Origin: Candidatus Microgenomates bacterium
GTDB lineage: Bacteria; Patescibacteriota; Microgenomatia; Daviesbacterales; UBA10151
NCBI GenBank assembly: GCA_016182045.1
Contig: JACOYE010000009.1
Location: forward strand, 1,328 to 65,327
Direction: 5' to 3'
Length of the DNA: 64,000 nucleotides
The position numbers were made by a program, and so were the translations under genes. The notes beneath the pieces are model-generated. The model was not told the origin of the DNA. It ran no database searches and saw nothing but the letters and a program-made list of their open reading frames with translations. This document shows, in pieces, positions 43,709 through 54,077 of this stretch. Position 1 is the first letter of the stretch. Each line of letters starts with the position of its first letter.

Positions 43709-44788
43709 TTACATAAGGTACTTAAATAGTCTAAGAATTCCCTGTTTCCAGCCAGCTGTATGGGTTATACCGGAAGTATGAGTTTTTATCTCCTTATAAT
43801 TTTTTAGATACCAATCATATGCTTTAATAAGTGCTTGTGCATTCGAATATTTTGGTTTCCAATTGAGTGTTTCCTTAAGTTTTTCTATAGAAACAAACGA
43901 ATCTTTATCTGCAGTATCATAAACCCATTGATATAAAGGAGACAATTTTAGCTTATCAAAAAGCCACAATAATTTTTTGATTAACCACGCAGGTGTTGGA
44001 AAAACTTTAGACCCGGATTTTGCAAATTTGAAAAGCTCCCCTAAATCCTTTTTTACTGTCCCAAACTTCTCGGCACCAATATTAAATACCCCATTGTAAG
44101 ATCCTTTATTCCCCCGGCAAAACAGATAAATTACCTCAACCAAATCATCCACATCTAATAGTTGATATCTGTTACCTCCGTTTCCTATCACAGGAATTTT
44201 CTTACCGTCATGAATCCAGTCGAATAGAATCTCAAAAACTCCCAACCTGCCTGTTCCCACAAAAGTTTTTGGTCTTATTACTGTAATTGGCATTCCTTCT
44301 TCTATTGCTTGAAAGCATAAATCCTCGGCAATTATTTTTGACTCCCCATATGGCCCAACCCCAATTCTGGGATCCTCCTCTTCTATCGGATGTTTTTTGG
44401 GAATACCGTAAACTGCGGTAGAAGAAATAAAAATCACTCTTCTTACTTTGTGTTTTTTGGTAAGTTCCAAAACATTTTTTGTACCATTAATATTGGTCGT
44501 ATAGATATCCTCTTTCCCCCAAAGTGGCAGAGCTGCGGCAGCATGAATAACAATATCTGCGCCTTTTATAAGTGGGTCTAATTTTTTCTTATTACGAACA
44601 TCACAATGGGCAAGTTTGTAGTTTCCCCTATATTCCTTTGTATTAAATTGTTGAATATCCAAAAGTGTTAATGCGTATCCTTTCTTATTAAGATAGGTGG
44701 TAAGGTGTAATCCTAAAAATCCGGCTCCTCCGGTAATTACAACTTTCATAAAATGATAGAATATAGTATATAATATTTTTAGACTCAC
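43709..44788 (-). CDS. NAD-dependent epimerase/dehydratase (extended SDR; UDP-hexose 4-epimerase-like)
   Basis: VVITGGAGFLGLHL Rossmann motif and YxxxK. Confidence 0.75.
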   Translation of the reverse strand: MSLKILYTIFYHFMKVVITGGAGFLGLHLTTYLNKKGYALTLLDIQQFNTKEYRGNYKLAHCDVRNKKKLDPLIKGADIVIHAAAALPLWGKEDIYTTNINGTKNVLELTKKHKVRRVIFISSTAVYGIPKKHPIEEEDPRIGVGPYGESKIIAEDLCFQAIEEGMPITVIRPKTFVGTGRLGVFEILFDWIHDGKKIPVIGNGGNRYQLLDVDDLVEVIYLFCRGNKGSYNGVFNIGAEKFGTVKKDLGELFKFAKSGSKVFPTPAWLIKKLLWLFDKLKLSPLYQWVYDTADKDSFVSIEKLKETLNWKPKYSNAQALIKAYDWYLKNYKEIKTHTSGITHTAGWKQGILRLFKYLM

Positions 44789-44789
44789 A

Positions 44790-45329
44790 ATGAATATTGG
44801 TTTTGACCTGGATAAAATTTTTATAGATTATCCACCTTTTATTCCTGGTGCCCTAATTGACTATTTGTATAAAGACAAATCCAATGGTATCTTGCGGTAT
44901 CGCCTTCCATCAAAAGGCGAACAGTTAATCAGGCTTTTAACCCACATTTCCTTTCTTCGACCTCCCATTATGACAAACATGGCAATGATCCAAAGAGAGG
45001 AGTCTAAGAATGGTAATAAATTCTACCTTATTTCAAGCAGATTCAGTTTTTTAAAACAACAAACCGAAAAAATTATAGAAAAATATGGCTTTGATAAAAT
45101 TTTTGATGATATGTTTTTTAATTTTGCAGATCAACAGCCTCATCTTTTTAAAAGTGAAGTTGTCAGACAATTAAAACTTGATCGTTACATTGACGATGAT
45201 TTACCTCTACTTCTGTTTCTCTCAAAACAAAATAAAAAGGTCGTCTTTTATTGGCTTAATAACAAAGAGAAAAAGAAAATTAAGGACAACCTCTTTGCCA
45301 TAACGCAACTTTCTGATATCCTATCATAA
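44790..45329 (+). CDS. hypothetical protein
   Basis: 179-aa ORF with no recognisable family. Confidence 0.4.
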   Translation: MNIGFDLDKIFIDYPPFIPGALIDYLYKDKSNGILRYRLPSKGEQLIRLLTHISFLRPPIMTNMAMIQREESKNGNKFYLISSRFSFLKQQTEKIIEKYGFDKIFDDMFFNFADQQPHLFKSEVVRQLKLDRYIDDDLPLLLFLSKQNKKVVFYWLNNKEKKKIKDNLFAITQLSDILS

Positions 45330-45341
45330 GTTAATCCTTTT

Positions 45342-47444
45342 ATGTTTATTTCTGATATACCTTCCATCCTTAGCTTTTGGTTTACTTTTTTCCTGATGGG
45401 AATTATTTTTCTGCCTCTGACACTACTTATCTTTTCTTCTTATTTGGACCGTGGATATATTTTTTCAAAAATTTTGGCAATACTTTTATTAAGCTACACC
45501 ATTTGGCTGCTTGCAAGTTTAAAAATTTTATCATTTACTTCTTTAAATATAATTTTGTTGCTAGGGCTATTTTTAATGATTAATCTTTATTCGGCCCGTA
45601 AATTCAAATTTATCAGCATTTTTAAATCTCATTGGAAAATATTCCTTTTTGAAGAATTTTTATTTTTGGCAGGACTCATATTTTGGAGCTTTATCAGAGC
45701 GTATGAACCATCCATTCATGGGTTGGAAAAATTTATGGACTTTGGATTTATCAATTCCATTTTACGTTCTGAATATTTTCCTCCCAAAGATTTATGGCTG
45801 ACTCCCGAAACAATCAACTATTATTATTTTGGTCACTTAACCGTCGCTGTTTTAACCAAATTATCTTTTCTTAATCCTACTGTAACATATAATTTGATGC
45901 TTGCAGCAATTTTTGGATTAACATTATCTACCTCATTTTCCATCGGCACCAGCTTGTATAGTTTTTTTTCAAAAAATACTTCTGCCATTTTTTTAGCAGG
46001 GGTGTTAAGTACATTTTTGGTTACTCTGGCTGGAAATCTTCAAACGATTTACGCCTTTTTTAAAAATTACCCTAATCCTGATTTACCTGTTCCTTTTTGG
46101 CAGCTTGAGCCAATGTTAAATTTTTCGGGCTATTGGTACCCAAATGCGACTCGTTTTATCCCCAATACCATACATGAATTCCCCATTTATTCTTTTGTCG
46201 TCTCCGACCTTCATGGTCATGTTTTAAACATCCCTTTTGTCTTCCTGATGATCGGTTTTTTAATCAAATTATATTATCAAACTAAAATTCATTTTAGGGA
46301 TTATCTTTTGATTAGTGGATTGCTTGGTGTTTTTTTAATGACTAATGTTTTGGATGGCCCCATCTACCTTATACTGATTGTACTTCTGCTTTTTTTCAAA
46401 CAGGCAAAATTCAGCTTAAATTCAATAATTTCCGCATCCAAACAAATCTTTTTAATTATTATATTTATGCTGTTTTTTTCCCTTCCCTTTTGGCTGGCCT
46501 TTAAACCGTTTTCCTCAGGAATAGGAGTCTTGTGTTCCCCTAATTTTTTAACACAGATTGGCAGATTTGGTCCATTAATATTTGAGGCAGATCACTGTGC
46601 CAGATCGCCTTTTTGGATGCTTCTTATTCTTTACGGCTTCTTTTATTTTATTTTTTTAACCTATCTTTTTAAGGTATTAAAATTAAGGATACCTAACATG
46701 TTAAAGAAAATACCTATGCTCTCACCTACTGATAGACTCATACTCATCTTTACCCTTTTTGCAACGGTAGCAATTATTATTCCGGAAATAGTCTACGTTA
46801 AGGATATATATCCAGGCCATTATCGTGCCAATACGGTTTTTAAATTTGGCTATCAGGCATTTATCATCTTGGCTATAGTAAGCGGCTATGCTATAACTCG
46901 TCTCATTAGGATAAAGCCTCCCATTCTTTACCGACTTTTATCTGTATTCCTTTTTTGTCTGATAGCTATATATCCCTATTTTGCCATTAATTCTTATTAT
47001 AATGGTTTAAAAAATTATCAGGGCCTTGATGGACTATCCTATCTGGAGACACTATATCCGTCTGATTATCGAGCCATTCTTTGGTTAAAAGAAAATATTC
47101 AAGGTCAGCCGGTTATCCTGGAAGCCCAAGGAGATTCATATACTGATTATGCCAGGGTTTCATCAAACACAGGACTGCCCACAGTAATAGGTTGGCCGGT
47201 ACATGAATGGTTATGGAGAGGAAGTCCTGAGGATGGTAGCAAAAGAAGTGATGAAGTCACCTTACTTTATGAAGATCAAGATCTAGAACAAACTAAAGAA
47301 TTGATTAAAAAATATAATATATCTTTGATCTTTATTGGATCCTTAGAGAGACAAAAGTATATAAATTTAAATGAAGATAAGTTTATCAGCTTGGGTAAAG
47401 TCATATTTAGAGATAATCAAACTGTTGTCTACCAGCTAAATTGA
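45342..47444 (+). CDS. YYY-domain (TIGR03662 / DUF2298) polytopic membrane protein
   Basis: Conserved TINYYYFGHL motif, many TM helices and a C-terminal soluble domain. Confidence 0.6.
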   Translation: MFISDIPSILSFWFTFFLMGIIFLPLTLLIFSSYLDRGYIFSKILAILLLSYTIWLLASLKILSFTSLNIILLLGLFLMINLYSARKFKFISIFKSHWKIFLFEEFLFLAGLIFWSFIRAYEPSIHGLEKFMDFGFINSILRSEYFPPKDLWLTPETINYYYFGHLTVAVLTKLSFLNPTVTYNLMLAAIFGLTLSTSFSIGTSLYSFFSKNTSAIFLAGVLSTFLVTLAGNLQTIYAFFKNYPNPDLPVPFWQLEPMLNFSGYWYPNATRFIPNTIHEFPIYSFVVSDLHGHVLNIPFVFLMIGFLIKLYYQTKIHFRDYLLISGLLGVFLMTNVLDGPIYLILIVLLLFFKQAKFSLNSIISASKQIFLIIIFMLFFSLPFWLAFKPFSSGIGVLCSPNFLTQIGRFGPLIFEADHCARSPFWMLLILYGFFYFIFLTYLFKVLKLRIPNMLKKIPMLSPTDRLILIFTLFATVAIIIPEIVYVKDIYPGHYRANTVFKFGYQAFIILAIVSGYAITRLIRIKPPILYRLLSVFLFCLIAIYPYFAINSYYNGLKNYQGLDGLSYLETLYPSDYRAILWLKENIQGQPVILEAQGDSYTDYARVSSNTGLPTVIGWPVHEWLWRGSPEDGSKRSDEVTLLYEDQDLEQTKELIKKYNISLIFIGSLERQKYINLNEDKFISLGKVIFRDNQTVVYQLN

Positions 47445-47457
47445 AAGGTGTCAGTAT

Positions 47458-48252
47458 TTAACTTGAGGCAGATGAGTATTGTTTTAATGAATAATTCCAT
47501 ATTTTTAATGAAAAAAATAATAAAAATAAAGCAAATACTATAGAGTAAATAATCAGTGCGGGTGAAAGTAATCCCAGAAAAGCTTTAGCGGGAAAACTCA
47601 TCATTAACCCCACCGGTATGATAAATGTTAGAAATCCTCGTAAAGGTTCCCGATAAATATCAATTGGGAAACGACCCATCCCCACAATATCCCGATACAT
47701 CATAATGGCATGATCTACTTCTGTGGTTAAAACTGCCAGTGCTAACACCAGAATATGAAATGATAAAGCAATGGTAAAACCTACACCAATTAACCCAAGG
47801 TACAAGACAGTGCTAGGAAGGCTAATCATTTGTAAACGACTCATATAAAAAACAATTGCTCCAAATAGTGGGATCAAGGTAATAAAATCAATTAAATCCG
47901 GACCACCCATTAAGCTTCTGTATAAAGAATTTATAGGTTTAACTAGATAAAAATCAAAAGTGCCTAACACGACGGCCTGCCTAAAACGATACACCTCACG
48001 AAATAGCAGTTGCGAAATAATATCTATCAAGTTAAATGATAAAAAGAAAAATATAGTCTGATCCAAACTATATCCTGCCAAAGCCTTAGTCTTACTGACT
48101 AAAATAACAATAAACAAAGTAAATATGGCAAATCTTAAGATTTTGCCTATTAAAAAAATTGTTAAGGCAAAACGATTGTTAAGTTGTGTTTGAAAACCAT
48201 TGATGGCAAATCTTAGCCAAACTTTAAAATATTTGTTAAAACTAGTTACCAT
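47458..48252 (-). CDS. ABC-2-type transporter permease
   Basis: 6-TM permease, paired with an adjacent paralog and an ABC ATPase. Confidence 0.5.
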   Translation of the reverse strand: MVTSFNKYFKVWLRFAINGFQTQLNNRFALTIFLIGKILRFAIFTLFIVILVSKTKALAGYSLDQTIFFFLSFNLIDIISQLLFREVYRFRQAVVLGTFDFYLVKPINSLYRSLMGGPDLIDFITLIPLFGAIVFYMSRLQMISLPSTVLYLGLIGVGFTIALSFHILVLALAVLTTEVDHAIMMYRDIVGMGRFPIDIYREPLRGFLTFIIPVGLMMSFPAKAFLGLLSPALIIYSIVFALFLLFFSLKIWNYSLKQYSSASS

Positions 48253-49051
48253 AAGCAGTATATCTTTTTAAACCAGCATCCAATATTTTAAGTATTAAAA
48301 GCAAACTTACTAATATCCAAAAAGATAAAATGATAAATCCTTTAATGATTTCAGCTGGAGGTAATGTTCCTAAATAAATTCTTGAGGGAAAATAGATTAA
48401 ATAAGGAAAAGGTGTCAGAAGTAGTGTATCAGTCAGAATCCTTGGCAAAATATCTATAGGGAAAAGTCCTCCCCCGAAACCTTCCAAAATTATGGTCACC
48501 AAAAATAAAGGTCCCCAAGCACTTTCCACCCAAAAGGCCAACATTCCTATTATAAAAGCAATAGCAAAATAGAGTAGTAATCCTAAACTAGCAGACATTA
48601 CAAATAAAAGTAATATTAATGGATCTTGTTGATAAATTATTGGAGGTTTTAGAATGGTGATCAGTAAAATTATCTCCACTAGGACAAAAGAGATATTAAG
48701 TAGTTTATCTGCCAAATCTCTTGAAAAATAATACCTAACAAACCCTAAAGGTTTGACCAAAAAATTAACCACCGACCCTTCATTGATATGTCCTGCTATA
48801 TCTATCGCCCGCGATGATAAAATGACGGCCCTTATTAAAGCTGCCACCATAATATAAGTCAAAATTGAGGATTGGGTATAACCAAAAACTTGAGTTTGAG
48901 ATTGAAAGACAGTCCACCAGATGAAGTAGACGAGTAATAGTTGCAAAACAGATCGTACACGCCAAAGTGTAAAATTTAATCTGTACACTAAACCTTGTTC
49001 CCAGCTAATCTTAAAAACTGCCCAGTATTTGCTAATCATTGGATTTCCCAA
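48242..49051 (-). CDS. ABC-2-type transporter permease
   Basis: 6-TM permease. Confidence 0.5.
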   Translation of the reverse strand: MGNPMISKYWAVFKISWEQGLVYRLNFTLWRVRSVLQLLLVYFIWWTVFQSQTQVFGYTQSSILTYIMVAALIRAVILSSRAIDIAGHINEGSVVNFLVKPLGFVRYYFSRDLADKLLNISFVLVEIILLITILKPPIIYQQDPLILLLFVMSASLGLLLYFAIAFIIGMLAFWVESAWGPLFLVTIILEGFGGGLFPIDILPRILTDTLLLTPFPYLIYFPSRIYLGTLPPAEIIKGFIILSFWILVSLLLILKILDAGLKRYTAYGN

Positions 49052-49325
49052 AAATCCAGGGTGTAGAGGATTTGATTTTAAATCTCGGTGTCTTCTTCTT
49101 AAAACCTTTGATTTCTGTTAATCTGATTACTCTGACAACAGTATCTGTACCAACCTTAAGCTCCTTTGCGATACTTCTTATTGACAATCTATCTTCCAAT
49201 AAATTCACAATCTGGAAGCGATTCTTTATCATTCTCATTTCTGAGGGAGTTAATAATTTGGGCAAAATTTCAGTTGGTATTTGAATGTTTTTATCTATCT
49301 TTGGCTTACTCATGTATCCATACAA
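49032..49325 (-). CDS. TrpR-like YerC/YecD-family HTH protein (second copy)
   Basis: LTPSEMRMIKNRFQIVNLLEDRLSIRSIAKELKVGTDTVVRV. It sits between the ABC ATPase and the permeases. Confidence 0.55.
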   Translation of the reverse strand: MYGYMSKPKIDKNIQIPTEILPKLLTPSEMRMIKNRFQIVNLLEDRLSIRSIAKELKVGTDTVVRVIRLTEIKGFKKKTPRFKIKSSTPWIFGKSND

Positions 49326-50306
49326 TCATACACCACTACTAAAGACTTGTCTAATGATATCTTCGATCTGTGGATCCTCAATTGTTAGATCGGCTACATG
49401 AAACTTATTTAATAGCCGACCTGATCTTTTTGCTGTTTCATTGTACGGCACATCAATCACAGCATGTAATCTAGTGAACTCCTTAACTTGACCAATTGAT
49501 TCTAACTGCTTTTTTTCAACTTCTGATTCAAAATCGACCTTGATTACCTTATGAGATGAAAATTTTTCAACTATATTTTTAAGCAAGCCATCATAAATAA
49601 TTTTCCCTTGATCGATAATAATTACTCTTTTGGTAAGCTGTTGCACATCTCCCATATAATGGGAAGTCAAAATGATGGTGGCATTAAACATTTTGTTATA
49701 TTCTCTTATAAAATCGCGCATGTTTTTCTGTGCTACCACATCTAATCCAATTGTTGGTTCATCTAAAAATAATACTCTTGGGGAGTGGAGTAAGGCTGCC
49801 ACCAGTTCACACTTCATCCTCTGACCTAAAGATAATTTTCTGACCTGGATTTTTAATATATCTTCAATCTCTAACATTTCAGATAACTGCTTTATTACCT
49901 TTTTAAATTGACCATCATCTATCTCATAGATCTCTTTATTTAAAATAAAACTTTCCCAGGCAGGTAAATCCCACCAGAGTTGATTTTTTTGACCCATGAT
50001 AAGTGTGAATTGTTTTTGAAATGCAGTTTGTCTTTTAAAAGGCTCAAATCCCAAAACTGACACTTGACCAGAAGTTGAATATAAAAGCCCTGATAAAACT
50101 TTCAAGGTGGTAGTTTTACCTGCTCCATTTGGTCCAATAAATCCCACCAACTCCCCTTCATCTATCTCAAAAGAAATATTATCTACAGCTTTTACTTCGT
50201 AATACTTTCGATAAAATAATGATTTAACTGATCCCCAAAACCCAGGTTCCTTTTGATTAACCTGGTAGTATTTTTTTAAATTTTTTACGAGAATTACAGG
50301 GGGCAC
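49326..50306 (-). CDS. ABC transporter ATP-binding protein
   Basis: Walker A GPNGAGKTT, signature LSLGQRMK, and Walker B LFLDEPT. Confidence 0.85.
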   Translation of the reverse strand: MPPVILVKNLKKYYQVNQKEPGFWGSVKSLFYRKYYEVKAVDNISFEIDEGELVGFIGPNGAGKTTTLKVLSGLLYSTSGQVSVLGFEPFKRQTAFQKQFTLIMGQKNQLWWDLPAWESFILNKEIYEIDDGQFKKVIKQLSEMLEIEDILKIQVRKLSLGQRMKCELVAALLHSPRVLFLDEPTIGLDVVAQKNMRDFIREYNKMFNATIILTSHYMGDVQQLTKRVIIIDQGKIIYDGLLKNIVEKFSSHKVIKVDFESEVEKKQLESIGQVKEFTRLHAVIDVPYNETAKRSGRLLNKFHVADLTIEDPQIEDIIRQVFSSGV

Positions 50307-50311
50307 AAAAT

Positions 50312-50584
50312 CTACTTTATCAATCTTTTAAGAGTTTTACCAGCTGTAAAACCTGGAATTTTTTTATTGGGAATCTGAATTGGTTCTCCGGTTTGAGGAT
50401 TTCTACCCCTTCTGGCCGCTCTGGATCTAATTAGAAAGGTGCCAAACCCCGTCACGACCACCTTTTCTCCTCTTGTTAAAGCATCACGGATCAAATTAAA
50501 GGTACTATCTAAAGCATCAGCAGCTGCTCTTTTTGTTAAATTGGCCTTTTTGGCAACCTTCTCAACCAACTCTTTTTTAGTCAT
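50312..50584 (-). CDS. hup: DNA-binding protein HU
   Basis: HU/IHF fold (GFGTF...RNPQTGE...IPA). Confidence 0.85.
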   Translation of the reverse strand: MTKKELVEKVAKKANLTKRAAADALDSTFNLIRDALTRGEKVVVTGFGTFLIRSRAARRGRNPQTGEPIQIPNKKIPGFTAGKTLKRLIK

Positions 50585-51979
50585 ATGAAAAATAACTTAC
50601 CAGAAGTTTATCCTTTTGTAAAGCCCCAAATAATCTTGCTGTATAATCTATATATGCTAGTTAAAAAACATTTGGGTATTTTATTAGTATTCATCTTTTT
50701 CTTTTCAATTTTTACCTATCATACTTTATATAGACATTGGACTTATAATTCCCATGCTTTTGATTTAGGTATCTATACTCAAGTTATTTACCTTTATAGT
50801 CAAGGGCTAACCCCTCTAAGTACTTTAAAACACATGAATATCTTAGGCGATCATTTTGGAGTAATTCTATTTTTATTATCACCAATTTATAAATTATTTC
50901 CCTTTCCAGAAGCCTTACTTGTTATCCAAGCTTTATTTGTCTCACTTAGTGGAATATTCATCTATCTTATCGCTTTGGATAAACTTAAAGATAAACTAAA
51001 GACTATTTTAATAACTGGGGTTTATCTTTCTTTTTCTGGAATTTTAACTGCTGTAAATTTCGATTTTCACCTGGCAACTCTCTCGGTTTTACCTTTATCA
51101 ATAATGCTTTACAGTTGGTATTTTAAAAAGTGGAAACTCTATTTTATAAGCTTATTTTTAGGCCTACTTTTTAAAGAAGATGTACCTCTTTTTATAGTAG
51201 GATTAGGGTTATTCGCAATTTTAAAAAAGCAAAGGCGTTTGGGAGTTTTAACTGTAATATTTGGATTACTAAGTTATCACATTATTAAATACCAAATCAT
51301 GGGTAGAATTTCTCCGGGTGCAGAAAATGCCTATATCAATACTGTATCTTTTTCTTCAATTTCTTCAATGTTTGACTCTCCAACTAAAATTCATACCTTG
51401 AAAAGTTTGTATGGGCAGTTTCTTTTCCTACCATTTCTGTCTCTCTTAAGCTGGCTAACTATAATTCCATACCTATTTATCAGATTCTCATCCACACAAC
51501 CTCACTACTGGGGCTTAAATTTTCACTATAATGCCAATTTGGCACCATTTTTGGCAACCAGTGCAATTTTTGTTTTATCAAAAATTCAAATCCCCAGATA
51601 TCAAATGATTGCTTATTTAATCGTAGCTTTAACTACGGAGAATTTATTTTTTAACAAATTTGTTTCTAATACCCTACAGTTTAATATCCAAGCTACCCAA
51701 CGTTTTAATTACATAAATAATGCTTTACAAACCTTTCCAACCGAAGCAGCTATCTCTGCTCAATCTCCTATAGTCCCTCATTTATCTAACAGAAACAAGG
51801 TATACCTTTATCCAGAAGTTTTAGATGCAGATTATATTATTGTGGATGAAAAATTAAACCACTATCCAATGAAGGTTAATGAATTTGAAGATAGAATTGC
51901 TTCCATTAAAACCTCATCAGAATGGATTTTAGAAAAACAAGTTAATAGTCTACTTATATTTAGGAGGGTAAGGTCATAG
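50585..51979 (+). CDS. polytopic membrane protein (DUF2079-like; possible GT-C glycosyltransferase)
   Basis: 464 aa and ~12 TM helices. Family assignment is tentative. Confidence 0.35.
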   Translation: MKNNLPEVYPFVKPQIILLYNLYMLVKKHLGILLVFIFFFSIFTYHTLYRHWTYNSHAFDLGIYTQVIYLYSQGLTPLSTLKHMNILGDHFGVILFLLSPIYKLFPFPEALLVIQALFVSLSGIFIYLIALDKLKDKLKTILITGVYLSFSGILTAVNFDFHLATLSVLPLSIMLYSWYFKKWKLYFISLFLGLLFKEDVPLFIVGLGLFAILKKQRRLGVLTVIFGLLSYHIIKYQIMGRISPGAENAYINTVSFSSISSMFDSPTKIHTLKSLYGQFLFLPFLSLLSWLTIIPYLFIRFSSTQPHYWGLNFHYNANLAPFLATSAIFVLSKIQIPRYQMIAYLIVALTTENLFFNKFVSNTLQFNIQATQRFNYINNALQTFPTEAAISAQSPIVPHLSNRNKVYLYPEVLDADYIIVDEKLNHYPMKVNEFEDRIASIKTSSEWILEKQVNSLLIFRRVRS

Positions 51980-53306
51980 TGGTATCTGAAAATCTTGTTT
52001 CTCTGATGGCAGTCACTTTCACAGCACCCGGCACCATCACTTCTTTGGAAATTCTATCTAAAATATCATGAGTTAATTTTGGCAGTTCATCATCCGAGAC
52101 TTTATCTGGAAAAACTACCACCCTGACCTCTCTTCCAGCTTGCAATGCAAAAGCCTTATCCACTCCCTCAAATGATGTGGCAATTTTTTCAATATCTGAA
52201 AGTCTTTTAATATAATCTTCTACATTTTCATGTCTGGCCCCTGGCCTTCCACCAGAAATAGCATCAGCAATATAAACTAGGATTGATTCTACCGAAGAAA
52301 AAGGTTGATCTTCATGATGCTCTGCAATACAATTAACCACTTCCTGAGGCATTCCAAATTTTTTGGCAACCTGCACTCCTTTCTCAACATGAGTCCCTTC
52401 ATCTCCTTCTGTAACTACCTTACCCACATCATGAAGTAAACACCCAAGTCTAACCACATTAGCATCTGCCCCGATCTCTTTGGCCAGAGCTACCCCAATT
52501 CTGGTTTCCTCCAGAGTATGTTGAATTAAATTCTGTCCGAAAGAAAATCTATACTTGAATCGTCCCAATATTTTTACTAAATCAACAGGCAGATTATAAA
52601 CTCCGGCATCTTGACAGAGTTTTTCACCTGTCTCCAGCATGATTTTTTCAAAATCTTGTTCAGTTCTTTTGACAATCTCCTCAATTCTTTGGGGTTGAAT
52701 TCTACCATCTGCAATTAATCTTTCCAAAGAAACTTTGGCAATCTCTCTTCTGACAGAATCAAAAGAAGATAAAATTAAACTGTCGGGAATCTCATCATCC
52801 ATGATTACATCCACTCCTGTGGCTTGCTCAAAAGTCCTGACATTTCTGCCCTCTTTGCCAATAATCCTTCCCTTAATCTCCTCATCAGGCAATTTAACTC
52901 TTGAAGTGGTAAACTCAGAGATATAGTCTGTAAAACCATGTACCATCGTATCAGCTAAAATTTCTTTGGCCTTTTCATCGGCTGTGAGTTTGATCTCTTC
53001 CTCCACCTCTTTTATTTTCTTGGAAATTTCAACCGCTAAATCTTTTTCAATTTGTTCTAAAAGAATTTTCTTTGCTTCATCCGACTGCATAGAAGATGCT
53101 TTCTCCAGTTTAAAGACAAGATCTTTTCGGATCTTTTCTAATTGTTCCAATCTCTCATCAATTAATTTTTGCTTTTCCCCGATTTGCCTCTCTCGTTCTT
53201 CTAAAATACCTTCTCTTTTGGCAAGCTCTGCTTCACGATGTGAAAAGTCTCCACCAGACAAAGTAGTAGAAGGACTAATATTTTTAGGACCAAATGTACG
53301 TTGCAT
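51960..53306 (-). CDS. rny: ribonuclease Y (KH plus HD domains)
   Basis: KH domain GRIIGKEGRNVR and HD motif LLHDVGK. No N-terminal TM segment in this ORF. Confidence 0.75.
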   Translation of the reverse strand: MQRTFGPKNISPSTTLSGGDFSHREAELAKREGILEERERQIGEKQKLIDERLEQLEKIRKDLVFKLEKASSMQSDEAKKILLEQIEKDLAVEISKKIKEVEEEIKLTADEKAKEILADTMVHGFTDYISEFTTSRVKLPDEEIKGRIIGKEGRNVRTFEQATGVDVIMDDEIPDSLILSSFDSVRREIAKVSLERLIADGRIQPQRIEEIVKRTEQDFEKIMLETGEKLCQDAGVYNLPVDLVKILGRFKYRFSFGQNLIQHTLEETRIGVALAKEIGADANVVRLGCLLHDVGKVVTEGDEGTHVEKGVQVAKKFGMPQEVVNCIAEHHEDQPFSSVESILVYIADAISGGRPGARHENVEDYIKRLSDIEKIATSFEGVDKAFALQAGREVRVVVFPDKVSDDELPKLTHDILDRISKEVMVPGAVKVTAIRETRFSDTTMTLPS

Positions 53307-53423
53307 AAATTTTGAAGAATCAAAAAGATACTTCGATTACTCGAAGTTTTGAGGAGTTAAAATTTTAAAGAATACTTTCTTCATATTTTTGCTCACTCTT
53401 AATCTGATCCTCTAAATACTATT

Positions 53424-54077
53424 TTACTTCTTTTTATTCAGATTTTCAACCACTTCTTTAACCACCTCATATTCAAAACCTCTTCTCATCAAAAACTCAT
53501 ATGCTTTTTTGCGAAATTCCATGGAGTCCAGATTTTTCCATTTACTGGCCTTCCGCTCCAAAGCACTTTCTGCCAACTCAGTTTGATTACCATCTCCTTT
53601 CAATGCCTCTATGATTATGTTCCGATCGACACCTTTTTGTAGAAGCTCTGCGGTGATTGCTCGATTACCTTTATATTTTGATATCCGCTTTGATCTAACC
53701 CATTCTTTAGCAAATTTCTCATCATCCACCATTCCTTTCTGTCGCAGTTTCTGAATTAATAGTTCCACAACAACTTCTGAAATCTCCTCTTTATCTTTAA
53801 CTTTTCTTTTAAAAGATAGACTTCTTAAATAGTTTCTGACTTCTTTTTCAGAACGGGGTCTAATATTCCATAACCTGTACATTCGTTCCATCAGCTTCCC
53901 AACTTCCGCCTCAAACAACAGCTTTTCCACATCTGATTCCTCAAGTAACTTCCCAGGGACTAAACGGTATTCCACTACCAAATCCTCATCTGCCCCAAAA
54001 GCAAAAGCACCATCTAGATAAATATTAAAACGTCGTGGATTTTTCTTTTGAGACTCTACTGAAGTAATTTTGGACAT
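53424..54077 (-). CDS. recX: regulatory protein RecX
   Basis: Three-repeat helical RecX architecture, downstream of recA. Confidence 0.65.
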   Translation of the reverse strand: MSKITSVESQKKNPRRFNIYLDGAFAFGADEDLVVEYRLVPGKLLEESDVEKLLFEAEVGKLMERMYRLWNIRPRSEKEVRNYLRSLSFKRKVKDKEEISEVVVELLIQKLRQKGMVDDEKFAKEWVRSKRISKYKGNRAITAELLQKGVDRNIIIEALKGDGNQTELAESALERKASKWKNLDSMEFRKKAYEFLMRRGFEYEVVKEVVENLNKKK

